A stretch of 64,000 nucleotides of DNA from Halobacteriota archaeon (GCA_049287525.1 JBAQFZ010000008.1:23541-87540), one strand, 5' to 3'. Shown: positions 27,191 through 36,279, counted from the stretch's first letter. The notes: generated by a model not told the origin, from the sequence alone. Program-made: numbers and translations.

Positions 27191-29476
27191 ATGGAAACAA
27201 AAAAGAGAGGAGGAACGATAACAGGTATTGCTCTGGTAGCGATTATGGTCGCTTCAGTTATGCTCGCAATGGTCGCGAGCACCGCAGCGTACAGCACAGG
27301 CGGAAAATACAATATCATTAACAACTCAACAACACCACCTGCACAACAAGTACTGACAGGACAGGATCTGAAATTCATAAAGGGTACTGATGCTCTTGAG
27401 TGGACATCGGCACCGACAGTAATGCAGTATGGATCTAATGGTAACCAAGAACATACGTATCCATCGGCAGTGGGAGACGGTGGGGACTTTTACATCGACA
27501 ACGTGGACTGGGGTACGTCAGGTACATTTTATGTGAACGGTGGTGCGACCGTAAGTGCTGCCTACTGCGCACAGCTTTCTGTCAGTGACCCAAAAATACC
27601 GCTGCAGCTAAAAGTAGGTGATAAGATAGTGACGTCACTTGCCAAGGGTACGCCAGGATTTCACACAGATGTTGGAGGTAGAAATCTGTTCCCCGAGGAT
27701 GGTGTAGACCTCGTGATTATGGGTCCCAACGGGCAGATAACAACAAAGAACGGCCAGAATTTTAAAGGCATAAATGTGAGTACATTGACCGATTATACAA
27801 GTGTGAACTTTATTAACACCACAGGCTGGGACGTAGGGCATTACACCTTCCAGGTGAAGACCAAACCGGAAAACGCATGTGGCCTGGATACACAGAGCAC
27901 ACTGCGGGAGATGAACATAATAAAAGCTGCGGTAACAATAACAGCGGAGCCGACAGAAGTAGCGGAACTCACAACCGTGAAACTCACAGTAACTGGTGTT
28001 GCCGGTACGCCGATAAATGTACTAGAAGACACTTTAAGTCCGCATGCTTATTTCCCTGCAGGGCTTAATGACAACCAGGGACCAAAGAATAACAATTTCA
28101 CTGATACAATAGACAGTGACGGCACGCGGACCTACGCAGTGGAGTTCAACGATACCGGTGCATACACAATTAAAGTGACGGATTTAAACGATCTATCAGG
28201 AGATACATATGACACCGTTGACATTACCGTTACAGAGAAGGGAGTTACCTTTGACGTGCCAAGCACAGTAGTTATCGGGCAGCGGTTTACGATAAAAGGG
28301 ACTGCAAATACAGGCAATATGGTTACGGTTGCCGTGGATGACGAGGTGGTGTTGAAACTGAATAATATCGTAATAGACGAGAACAACGAATTCTCGGAGG
28401 AGATAGATACAAGCGCAGATGCAGCACCCGGGGCATTCAAGCTTCCAGGTTCTGTGAGGTTGAAGGCGTACATTGACTATCCAGGGGGCACTGGTCCGGT
28501 ACTCCAAGGCATAACAGACGATGGCTCGTTTGCGATATTAATGACAAAAGGCGAATTAACGGCTGAACTGTCAACAAAAAGCGTAGCGAAGGGCGATGAT
28601 TTCACAATCATCGGTAAGGCAAAAGGCTCAAAGAACGTGAATATATTGATAGTCGCACCAAAGGGTTTCAGTGGTTCAAACATAGAAACAAACGGTAAGG
28701 AGATGTATTACACATCAACGTCTGTCACAACTACCGATGATAGTTTCTACAAGAAGATCACCGTGAACGATGACGTGAACTCGGGCAAATATCTCGTGAT
28801 GATACTCAGCGCGGGAAGCGACGACAAATGGGGAAAGAGCGGTTACGATACACTTTATAACCCAAGTAAGCCAACGGATACTAATACCGCTTTAGGTCAG
28901 TATACATTAAGCACCAGGACACAGGAAGGGATGTTGGAGATAGTAAAAGATATGAGTGCTTTAAGCGATGACCTCCTGTGGATAGGGCTCGTAAACGTGG
29001 AATCGCCGTATGTGATTCTTAACCCAATAGCAGAGGTGAACATTGGAGAACCTATGGAAGTAACAGGAACTACAAACAGAAAGGATGGATATACCATAGT
29101 TGTCACAGCTAAAGGACCGACAGAGCTAACTCCGGCGACCGTACCGGTACATAACAGTACGTTCAACGCAACGTTAGACACTTCAGATGCTAAGGTAGGC
29201 GTGTACGTAGTGACGGCAGACGATGGTGATGGTAATACAGATACAGAGCAGGTGAGCATAGGAGGAGCAGCAGTACCGGCTGAGACGCCACTAACATCGC
29301 CAGCAGCAGAAACACCAATGCCAACAGCAGAAGCACCAACGCCAGCAGCAGAAACACCAATGCCAACAGAAGAAGCACCAACACCAACACCAAAACCAGT
29401 ACCAGGATTCGTAGGTGTGTTCGCCATTGCAGGCTTGTTAGCGGTTGCCTACCTATTACTGAGGAGAAGGAAGTAG
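27191..29476 (+). CDS. PGF-CTERM surface (S-layer-like) glycoprotein
   Basis: Signal peptide; 700-aa beta-rich ectodomain; Thr/Pro-rich linker AETPMPTAEAPTPAAETPMPTEEAPTPTPKP; PGF motif + TM + RRRK at the C-terminus (archaeosortase A sorting signal). Confidence 0.8.
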   Translation: METKKRGGTITGIALVAIMVASVMLAMVASTAAYSTGGKYNIINNSTTPPAQQVLTGQDLKFIKGTDALEWTSAPTVMQYGSNGNQEHTYPSAVGDGGDFYIDNVDWGTSGTFYVNGGATVSAAYCAQLSVSDPKIPLQLKVGDKIVTSLAKGTPGFHTDVGGRNLFPEDGVDLVIMGPNGQITTKNGQNFKGINVSTLTDYTSVNFINTTGWDVGHYTFQVKTKPENACGLDTQSTLREMNIIKAAVTITAEPTEVAELTTVKLTVTGVAGTPINVLEDTLSPHAYFPAGLNDNQGPKNNNFTDTIDSDGTRTYAVEFNDTGAYTIKVTDLNDLSGDTYDTVDITVTEKGVTFDVPSTVVIGQRFTIKGTANTGNMVTVAVDDEVVLKLNNIVIDENNEFSEEIDTSADAAPGAFKLPGSVRLKAYIDYPGGTGPVLQGITDDGSFAILMTKGELTAELSTKSVAKGDDFTIIGKAKGSKNVNILIVAPKGFSGSNIETNGKEMYYTSTSVTTTDDSFYKKITVNDDVNSGKYLVMILSAGSDDKWGKSGYDTLYNPSKPTDTNTALGQYTLSTRTQEGMLEIVKDMSALSDDLLWIGLVNVESPYVILNPIAEVNIGEPMEVTGTTNRKDGYTIVVTAKGPTELTPATVPVHNSTFNATLDTSDAKVGVYVVTADDGDGNTDTEQVSIGGAAVPAETPLTSPAAETPMPTAEAPTPAAETPMPTEEAPTPTPKPVPGFVGVFAIAGLLAVAYLLLRRRK

Positions 29477-29518
29477 AGACTTCGCAAGGCTGAAAACCGA
29501 AACCTAAAAAAGAAAGAA

Positions 29519-29556
29519 TTGTGGGGGTGTTTTTTTTTAATCCCCTTTTTTTATTT
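29519..29556 (+). terminator. putative terminator (G/C stem with oligo-T tracts)
   Basis: gtgggggtgtttttttttaatccccttttttt follows the surface protein stop codon. Confidence 0.45.
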
Positions 29557-29899
29557 TGTATTTTTATAGAACCGCGAGATTACACAAGATTAACACAGAG
29601 GGAAAAAGTGGAAGATACGACTGAAAAGTGGCTTTATAGGGACTTAACACAAAAGATTATCGGTGTAGCGATGGAAGTGCATCGTGAATTAGGCACTGGC
29701 TTTCTTGAATATGTTTATGAGGAGGCTTTATGTTATGAGCTAAATTTGGGAGAGATTCATTTTGAAAGACAGAAAGAACTCGATAAGTTAGAGATGAAAA
29801 GAAGAATCTTGTGAAACAAACCCTTTCAGGGTTTTAGAAGAAACCCGTAGGGTTTCCTGTGGACGTGGGCAGAGCCCACGATGTGTAATCTTGTGGTTA
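29553..29899. mobile_element. MITE-like repeat copy 4 carrying a truncated GxxExxY gene between its left end and hairpin module
   Basis: Left end accgcgagattacacaagattaacacagag; right end hairpins plus the inverted end gatgtgtaatcttgtggtta. The internal ~220 bp differ from the other copies and encode the GxxExxY fragment. Confidence 0.55.
29608..29814 (+). pseudogene. GxxExxY family protein, C-terminally truncated remnant
   Basis: A GTG start with GAGGG upstream gives ...IIGVAMEVHRELGTGFLEYVYEEALCYELNLGEIHFERQKEL, then terminates early relative to ~125-aa family members. Confidence 0.4.
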
Positions 29900-30014
29900 T
29901 AAAAGGAGCTAAACAAATACGAGCTTTTTATTCACTAATAAATATTATTCCTGCTCTTACAAGCGAAAAAAAGGATTATATTATGCTGCTAAGTTCATAT
30001 AATTAATTAAATTA

Positions 30015-30086
30015 GCCCCAGTGTGGTAATGGAAATCCATTGGGCCTGCGGAGCCTAATATCCGGGTTCGATTCCCGGCTGGGGCA
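30015..30086 (+). tRNA. tRNA-Arg (anticodon GCG)
   Basis: Manual cloverleaf: 7-bp acceptor GCCCCAG/CTGGGGC, D-stem TGGT/TCCA, anticodon stem TGGGC/GCCTA, loop CTGCGGA, T-arm CCGGG-TTCGATT-CCCGG, discriminator A; no encoded CCA. Confidence 0.8.
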
Positions 30087-30107
30087 TTCATCTCAATTCA
30101 ACTTAAT

Positions 30108-30887
30108 TCAAATCAATTCAATTTTGAACACGCGCGCGAAATTGCGCTCTATTGCTGCGTCCACGGACTCGAACTCGAGCTTCTTTTGCCGTGCTATCTC
30201 TTCGTACACCACCTTTACGTGCTGTGGCACATTCCTTTCTTCCGCTACATCAGGAGAGAGATAAGGTGCATCTGTCTCTGTAAACAAATAAGAAAGCGGT
30301 ATTCTATTCGCGACCTTCTTCATGCTCTTGCTTCGCACTATTGATGCAGGCAGCGAGATGTAATAACCTTCTTCACATATCAGTGCCGCAAGCTGCGGCT
30401 TGCCCGTGAAGCAATGAAAAACCGCTTTCGGGATGTCCGCATCCGAAACGAGCTTCAAACCGTCCTCTATCGCTTCGCTGCCCGTACCCCGCAGATGAAG
30501 CACAACCGGTAAATCGAGCTCCTTCGCAAGCTCAAGAAACTCTTCAAATACTGCTCTTGTACGCTTTATCTTTAACGGGTCGCGTACCCGGTGGTAGTCA
30601 AGCCCTATTTCGCCTATGCCCACTATTCTACTTTTGTTCTTGCTTATGAACTCTTGATAATCCTCTATCTCATGGGCTGTTCGGTCTGCCACGTGTATCG
30701 GATGTAGCCCAAGCGAAACGAATACGAAGCCGGTATGCAATTCTGCAAGTTCTAACGCCTTCTTTGCATCTTCCGGGTCCACGCCACTTGTGACCACGCC
30801 CTTTAATTCCTGCTTGCCCGCCTCTATCACCTGCTCACGGTCCGTGTCGTAATCCGCAAACGTCAGATGGCAGTGTATGTCTATCAT
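30108..30887 (-). CDS. tatD: TatD family metal-dependent hydrolase/DNase
   Basis: MIDIHCHL N-terminus; conserved His/Glu/Asp metal ligands; 259 aa. Confidence 0.85.
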   Translation of the reverse strand: MIDIHCHLTFADYDTDREQVIEAGKQELKGVVTSGVDPEDAKKALELAELHTGFVFVSLGLHPIHVADRTAHEIEDYQEFISKNKSRIVGIGEIGLDYHRVRDPLKIKRTRAVFEEFLELAKELDLPVVLHLRGTGSEAIEDGLKLVSDADIPKAVFHCFTGKPQLAALICEEGYYISLPASIVRSKSMKKVANRIPLSYLFTETDAPYLSPDVAEERNVPQHVKVVYEEIARQKKLEFESVDAAIERNFARVFKIELI

Positions 30888-30932
30888 TTTAATCTCCTTA
30901 AACTGATTAGGAGTTTTATAATGATAAACAAG

Positions 30933-30968
30933 ATACAGGATACAGGATACAGGATGCAGGATACAGGA
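30933..30968. repeat. heptamer array (CAGGATR)x5, left flank of four-helix-bundle gene
   Basis: caggatacaggatacaggatgcaggatacaggagg; its final unit supplies a GGAGG RBS 7 nt before the ATG. Confidence 0.6.
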
Positions 30969-30973
30969 GGGAA

Positions 30974-31354
30974 TTGATGGGTATTCAGACGTATAATGAC
31001 CTGGAAATCTATCAGTTAAGTCATGAGCTGGCAGTTGAAATACATAAGCTGAGCCTTAGCCTCCCGAAAATCGAGTTATACGAAGAAGGGAGCCAATTGA
31101 GGAGATCAGCTAAGGCAATCCCGGTGAATATCGTTGAGGGATTTGGCCGCCGCCGATACAAAAATGATTTTATCCGATTCCTCACTTTTGCTCTGGCATC
31201 CTGCGACGAAACAAAAGAGCATCTAAAAATACTGCGTGAGACCGAAGCTCTCACTGATAATGATATTTTTGATAACTTTATACAGAAGTACGAAGAATTA
31301 GGGCGAAAAATCTACACTTTCATTAAAGCTGTGGAATCTGGTCATAAATCATAG
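30974..31354 (+). CDS. four-helix-bundle protein (family often found in 23S rRNA intervening sequences)
   Basis: DLEIYQLSHELAVEIHKLSLSLPKIELYEEGSQLRRSAKAIPVNIVEGFGRR is a typical signature. ATG at 30977 (track lists TTG at 30974). Confidence 0.65.
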   Translation: MMGIQTYNDLEIYQLSHELAVEIHKLSLSLPKIELYEEGSQLRRSAKAIPVNIVEGFGRRRYKNDFIRFLTFALASCDETKEHLKILRETEALTDNDIFDNFIQKYEELGRKIYTFIKAVESGHKS

Positions 31355-31400
31355 TCATGTATCTTGCATCCTGCATCTTGCATCTTGCATCTTGCATCCC
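31350..31400. repeat. inverted heptamer array (GCATCYT)n, right flank of cassette
   Basis: tcatgtatcttgcatcctgcatcttgcatcttgcatcttgcatcc; it is the reverse complement of CARGATG units. Confidence 0.6.
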
Positions 31401-31420
31401 AGCAGCCAAACATCCATAAA

Positions 31421-32440
31421 ATGAGATACGTAACCTTCTCCCGGAATGTATTCATACCGGTAACGAACGTATGCCGGAATGCCTGTGCGTACTGTGTGTA
31501 CCGTGCTCGCAGTCCCGACGCCGCTTATTTAGTGCGTAAGGCGGATTTTTTCGCACTCGTGAATAGAACAAAACTAGAAGCAACCGAAGCGCTTTTTACG
31601 GCAGGCGAGAAGCCCGAACTCGCCAACCCCGGGTTTTTCACGTGGCTTCATAATGCTACCGGCTGCTCTACCCTTGTCGAATACACGAAAGAGCTGTGTA
31701 AACTTGCGATTACGCATGGATTACTGCCTCATTGTAATCTGGGCGTATTGAGCGCGGACGAACTCGAAGCGTTACGAGACGTGAATGCCTCTATGGGCTT
31801 GATGCTCGAAACCACGGCAGAGCTCGATGCGCATAAGAACTCGCCGGGCAAAGTGCCGGAAGAGAGATTGAAGATGATTGCAGAAGCAGGAAAGCTTAAG
31901 ATTCCGTTCACTACTGGCTTGTTGATTGGCATAGGCGAGACGCCAGAGGACCGCATCCGTTCTCTGGAAGCTATTAAGTCGTTACATGAGATATACGGAC
32001 ATATCCAGGAAGTTATTATCCAGCCCTTCGTGCCCAAACCGTTCACGCAGATGGCAAACACGGGCTCGCCTAGCTTTGAGGCATTGAAAGAAGCTGTACG
32101 TGCGGCGAGAAGGATATTGCCAGCGGAAATCGCGATTCAGGTGCCCCCTAATTTGACCTCGCCACGTGAATTAATAGAACTTGGTGCTTCGGACCTGGGT
32201 GGCATTTCAGAGCGGACTATTGACTATATAAATCCCGAATCGCCATGGCCTCGTGAGGACGAGCTCAGGCAGCTAGTTTATCCGTTTTTACTGCGAGAAA
32301 GATTGCCGATATATCCCGGCTTTATCAAAAAGGGCTGGTATAGTGAGGAGATACGTCCTTTGATAGAGCGATATGCGGGTGAGGACGGGTTGAGAAGAAT
32401 CCATAATTTCATTAAAGATGTGGAATTTGGTCATACATAG
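31421..32440 (+). CDS. cofG: 7,8-didemethyl-8-hydroxy-5-deazariboflavin (FO) synthase subunit 1, radical SAM
   Basis: MRYVTFSRNVFIPVTNVCRNACAYCVY carries the CxxxCxxC cluster motif. The track ORF start at 31364 reads through the upstream repeat array and is rejected. Confidence 0.85.
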   Translation: MRYVTFSRNVFIPVTNVCRNACAYCVYRARSPDAAYLVRKADFFALVNRTKLEATEALFTAGEKPELANPGFFTWLHNATGCSTLVEYTKELCKLAITHGLLPHCNLGVLSADELEALRDVNASMGLMLETTAELDAHKNSPGKVPEERLKMIAEAGKLKIPFTTGLLIGIGETPEDRIRSLEAIKSLHEIYGHIQEVIIQPFVPKPFTQMANTGSPSFEALKEAVRAARRILPAEIAIQVPPNLTSPRELIELGASDLGGISERTIDYINPESPWPREDELRQLVYPFLLRERLPIYPGFIKKGWYSEEIRPLIERYAGEDGLRRIHNFIKDVEFGHT

Positions 32441-32478
32441 ATCATAGTCCTGCATCCGGCATCTTGCATCCTGCATCC
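32441..32478. repeat. second copy of the inverted heptamer array after cofG
   Basis: atcatagtcctgcatccggcatcttgcatcctgcatcc is near-identical to 31350-31400. The preceding ~45 nt (ttcattaaagatgtggaatttggtcata) duplicate the 3' end of the four-helix-bundle gene. Confidence 0.6.
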
Positions 32479-32517
32479 TAACGGCTATACAAATACAATT
32501 AGCTATATTTATCATTC

Positions 32518-33729
32518 ATGCGCGCTGACCAAACAGTCACAAAAGTGGTTATAATCACCGCAATCTGTGTCTTTAGCACGCAATTTGGTGTTACTGTGAT
32601 TGCACCGCTGCTTGGCATGTGGGTAATAGCATCAGACATCCCCCAGCAGTTCCTTGTAGCGGGTTTGATAATCGCGGTGTTCGCGCTTGCAAGTCTGGCT
32701 CTTAACATTCCAGGCGGTATTATATCCGATAAATGGGGCAGGAAACCCTTGATTGTAGCAGGGCTTATCCTTTACGCCGTTGCCGCGCTGCTATTCCCGC
32801 TTTCCATGAGCCCTTATGATTGGATATTTGTAAGAGCTTTACAAGGCGCGGGTGCTGGCTTCTTCTTTCCCGCAGTCACTGCTTTGCTTGCCGACATCAC
32901 GACTCGCGAGGAGCGAGGGCATGCGTTTAGCATCTACAACATGGGTTTGGGCATTGGTTTGGCAGGGGGTCCAATTTCAGGCGGGCTCCTCTTTGTAATC
33001 TACGGTATTTTCATGCCATTTCTCTTTTGCGCAGTCTTCGCATTTATAAGCGTGGTCCTGGTGCTGCTCTTTGTTCGAGAGCCGAACCGGGAAATAAGGG
33101 CAAAAGAGAAGAGGGGGAAGAGGGGCGAATGGTTAGCCGTGGGTGCGCGGGAACGAAAGGTATTGACTCTTTGCTGTCTCCTGGTATTCTTCGGTCAGGG
33201 CGTGGCATCCGTGATGAGCGGGTTGTTCTCGCCTTTTGCTGTCGCGGAGTTACATATTTCTGAAGCGCTCATCGGCGCGATTCTTTCTGTGATGTTCGTG
33301 ACGTTCACATTACTGCAACCGGGCTTTAACCGGCTGATGACGCGAATAGGGGAAGTCAATCTCGCGGTTACCGGCTTGTTCTTCTGCGTTTGCGGCTTGA
33401 TTATGCTCTATTCGGCGACCTGTGTATTAGCATTGTTTATAATGTGCGTATTCCTGGGTGCAGGTATAGGTGCGATTTTACTTGGCATGTTAACATTAGC
33501 ATCGAAAGTGGCGGGCAAAGGAGAGGAAGGGAAAGTAATGGGCATTTATTACACGACGTTCTATGCCAGTCTTGGTTCTATTCCGGTAGTTTGTGGTGCG
33601 CTCGCAGACATAGTCGGAGCACGCTTGCTATTCTTAGGGTATGCCGGACTTTTACTCGTGTTGATGCTTATAGTTGTAGTGTGGGAGGTGTATTCCCGAT
33701 CCCGAGAACCACCGTATTGTCGCTTCTAA
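32518..33729 (+). CDS. MFS transporter
   Basis: 403 aa, 12 TM; MFS motif GIISDKWGRKP. Confidence 0.75.
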   Translation: MRADQTVTKVVIITAICVFSTQFGVTVIAPLLGMWVIASDIPQQFLVAGLIIAVFALASLALNIPGGIISDKWGRKPLIVAGLILYAVAALLFPLSMSPYDWIFVRALQGAGAGFFFPAVTALLADITTREERGHAFSIYNMGLGIGLAGGPISGGLLFVIYGIFMPFLFCAVFAFISVVLVLLFVREPNREIRAKEKRGKRGEWLAVGARERKVLTLCCLLVFFGQGVASVMSGLFSPFAVAELHISEALIGAILSVMFVTFTLLQPGFNRLMTRIGEVNLAVTGLFFCVCGLIMLYSATCVLALFIMCVFLGAGIGAILLGMLTLASKVAGKGEEGKVMGIYYTTFYASLGSIPVVCGALADIVGARLLFLGYAGLLLVLMLIVVVWEVYSRSREPPYCRF

Positions 33730-34608
33730 ACCTTCTTCTAAACGGTAACATGGCTCATAGCCAAATTCTGCTTTTGCTTTTGATATATCAGCTAAGGAAT
33801 GCCGCACGTCTCCTTGTCTGGGCGCCTCAAACACCACACTTAGTTCTTTGCCCATGAGTTTCATCACGAGTTCTGCAAGTTCCTGTATGCTTATTCGCGT
33901 GCCCGAAGCGATATTGAACACACCTGTTGTATCAGTTTGCATAGCGCGGATGTTCGCGGTCACCACGTCTTTAACAAAGGAGAAATCACGCGTTTGCTGC
34001 CCATCCCCATAAATCACGGGTGGCTCGTTAAGACGGATTCTACTCACAAACCGCGGAATAACAGCGGCATAATCTGAGTACGGGTCCTGTTTGGGTCCAT
34101 AAACGTTGAAATAACGTAATGCAACCGTTTTTAAGCCGTAAACGTCATTAAAAACGGTGCAGTAGTACTCCCCGGTAAGCTTGGTCACGGCGTAAGGCGA
34201 CAACGGGTTTGGAGTCATCTCCTCCCTCTTGGGTAGCGCCGGCGTATCGCCATAGACGGAACTGGAAGAAGCATAAATCACCTTCTTTACGCCACAATTC
34301 TTCGCTGCCACCAGCACATTCAGTGTTCCATTTATATTCGCGTTATTCGATGCAATCGGGTCGTTTACGCTCCTTGGGACTGAAGGAATCGCAGCCTGAT
34401 GGAATACGTAATCCACATCTTTTAATACCGTCTGCAAGAGCACTAAATCAGTAACGCTACCTTTAACGAATTTTATAGCTAAATCGCGGGTATTATCACG
34501 CGTTCCCGTGGATAAATCGTCCAGAACGATGACTTCGTTCGTCTTCGAGAGTTCAGCCGCAATATTTGCGCCTATGAATCCCGCGCCCCCGGTTATGACT
34601 ATTCTCAT
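33652..34608 (-). CDS. NAD-dependent nucleotide-sugar epimerase/dehydratase (GalE/UDP-glucuronate epimerase-like)
   Basis: MRIVITGGAGFIGANI Rossmann motif; catalytic YxxxK (YAVTK). Confidence 0.85.
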   Translation of the reverse strand: MRIVITGGAGFIGANIAAELSKTNEVIVLDDLSTGTRDNTRDLAIKFVKGSVTDLVLLQTVLKDVDYVFHQAAIPSVPRSVNDPIASNNANINGTLNVLVAAKNCGVKKVIYASSSSVYGDTPALPKREEMTPNPLSPYAVTKLTGEYYCTVFNDVYGLKTVALRYFNVYGPKQDPYSDYAAVIPRFVSRIRLNEPPVIYGDGQQTRDFSFVKDVVTANIRAMQTDTTGVFNIASGTRISIQELAELVMKLMGKELSVVFEAPRQGDVRHSLADISKAKAEFGYEPCYRLEEGLEATIRWFSGSGIHLPHYNYKHQHE

Positions 34609-34616
34609 CTCGCTGC

Positions 34617-35315
34617 CTAAAACCCTAACGCCTCCTCGATTCTGCCCAATTCCGCGCCTGTCGTCTCGTCTCCGGCAGCATAGCCCTTCGTATTCGCAAG
34701 TAACGCCGCGCCTATCACAGGTACGCCGAAATTTACGCTCCCTATCTCTACCGGTAACTCATATATCTCCTCTAAAAATTCTAGCTCCTCCCGCGTGGCA
34801 TTCTTATGCGCCAGGATACCCCGGTTTGTGGCAACAGCAGCCATACCCACTGTTTTTAACCCGCCTATCGTACCTTTATAGACTCTCACACCCAGTGTAG
34901 CCTTTACCACGTCCAGCGCATCTTGCGATAAACCCGGATGCACCAGCGCAACGGTATCGTTTGCGAGTATGACGTTGCCCGCCGCACTTATCCTATCGCG
35001 AGCCGGCAGTCTGTTTATGGTCACCTCTAACCCCACCGCCTGTGCTGACTCTTTTACACGCTCTATCTCGCTATCCAGCGTGTACTGAGAGACGATGAGC
35101 CCTTTTGTGTTACCCACAGCTAAACAGCCAGCTAAAGACGTCTCGGCGATGAGAGTCCTTATTACTTTCGTCTGTAATGTTCGCCCCAGCTCTACCGCTA
35201 AACTTCCAGGGACATTATGGGGTAAAAGAAGCAAGGATTCGGTGCACGCTGCGAAAATACCTATATATGGACTCCCATCCACATTGAAAGTTCGCTCTAT
35301 CCCCCGCATCATCAT
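34617..35315 (-). CDS. eif6: translation initiation factor 6 (aIF6)
   Basis: 232 aa; pentein repeats; C-terminus GDETTGAELGRIEEALGF matches aIF6. Conserved archaeal operon L39e-L31e-aIF6. Confidence 0.8.
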   Translation of the reverse strand: MMMRGIERTFNVDGSPYIGIFAACTESLLLLPHNVPGSLAVELGRTLQTKVIRTLIAETSLAGCLAVGNTKGLIVSQYTLDSEIERVKESAQAVGLEVTINRLPARDRISAAGNVILANDTVALVHPGLSQDALDVVKATLGVRVYKGTIGGLKTVGMAAVATNRGILAHKNATREELEFLEEIYELPVEIGSVNFGVPVIGAALLANTKGYAAGDETTGAELGRIEEALGF

Positions 35316-35578
35316 TATTCTACAAGCTCAGCTCGGACTATATTCTCCTCCGTTGTTACCTTCACTCTTATCCGGGTTGGCGGCTTCTTCGCACCGCGTT
35401 CCCACACCGTTTCGTTTATTTTTGTATCTAAAACGATGTACTCAGATTTTGTATGCCGCATCAGGTATTCCCTGATCAGCGTTATTGCCCTGTTGCTCCG
35501 CTTCCACCTCGGTGCCTTCTTCACATCTCGCAACGGTATTGTATAAATCCGCCCCTCTTCTACTCCTTCTTCTGTCAT
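35315..35578 (-). CDS. rpl31e: 50S ribosomal protein L31e
   Basis: The real start is MTEEGVEEGRIYTIPLRDVKKAPRWKRSNRAITLIREY... The track's longer N-terminal extension overlaps L39e in another frame and is rejected. Confidence 0.75.
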   Translation of the reverse strand: MTEEGVEEGRIYTIPLRDVKKAPRWKRSNRAITLIREYLMRHTKSEYIVLDTKINETVWERGAKKPPTRIRVKVTTEENIVRAELVE

Positions 35579-35601
35579 CTTATTATCTATCACCCACCAC
35601 T

Positions 35602-35760
35602 TCACGCTTTCAGCTTCGTACGCCTCCAATGCCGCCTCTTCGGATGTGTCGTCACTCTTCTGTTCGTTTTTACCATTATCCACGCCGGTACACGTCGGTT
35701 CTGCCTGTTCGCCTTACAAAGCCGGAGCTTCCTGCCTTTCGTGTTCTTACCTATCGACAT
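35602..35760 (-). CDS. rpl39e: 50S ribosomal protein L39e
   Basis: Not in the ORF track (52 aa). Manual translation gives [52 protein letters not shown]. Confidence 0.8.
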   Translation of the reverse strand: MSIGKNTKGRKLRLCKANRQNRRVPAWIMVKTNRRVTTHPKRRHWRRTKLKA

Positions 35761-35832
35761 TGTTTAGGTAATATCAGTGTTTGTTATTAATAAATTAAGT
35801 GGATTATTAAATGTATAGAGTGAGTCAGTCAG

Positions 35833-36216
35833 ATGGTGAAGATGAAATTGGGAGTGTCGCAGGAGTTCAGTGCGGCTCATTCGCTGCCGCGACATCCGGG
35901 TAAATGCAAAGCTCTTCATGGGCATACGTATAAGGCAGAAATAGTAGTAGAAGGGGAGAAGAAAGAAGGTACGGGGTGTGTGGCGGATTTCGCAGAAGTG
36001 AAAGCAGAGGTAAGCGAAGTGCTTGAGCTCGTTGACCATAAGCATCTGAACGAGATAATAGCGTACCCAACAAGCGAGAATATAGCCTTATTTCTGAAAC
36101 AGCAGCTGGAGAAGCAGTTGAAGGACTCTAATTTAGGCATTTCGCTCTTATCAATAAAATTATGGGAAGGTAGCGACAAATGGGTGATGATAGAGTCAGA
36201 GTCTGAGTCGCACTGA
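35833..36216 (+). CDS. queD: 6-pyruvoyl-tetrahydropterin synthase family / QueD-like
   Basis: 127 aa; Zn-binding CxxxHGH motif (CKALHGHTY); EFSAAHSL. Confidence 0.8.
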   Translation: MVKMKLGVSQEFSAAHSLPRHPGKCKALHGHTYKAEIVVEGEKKEGTGCVADFAEVKAEVSEVLELVDHKHLNEIIAYPTSENIALFLKQQLEKQLKDSNLGISLLSIKLWEGSDKWVMIESESESH

Positions 36217-36279
36217 ATGCTACACCTGCCGCCATCGTCCGTCTCCAAATATTGTACCTACCCCTCCGATTGATTCTGG

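Noticed and set aside
28897-29427. 176-aa and 67-aa minus-strand ORFs in the surface protein gene
   Set aside because: Antisense to the Thr/Pro/Ala-rich linker coding region, where GC-rich repeats yield open reverse frames.
31364-31420. N-terminal extension of cofG in the ORF track (MHPASCILHLASQQPNIHK)
   Set aside because: It is a translation of the heptamer repeat array. The conserved CofG N-terminus begins at MRYVTFSRNVF (ATG 31421).
35579-35683. N-terminal extension of L31e ORF
   Set aside because: It overlaps the manually recovered L39e gene in another frame. The L31e homology starts at MTEEGVEEGRIYTIPL.
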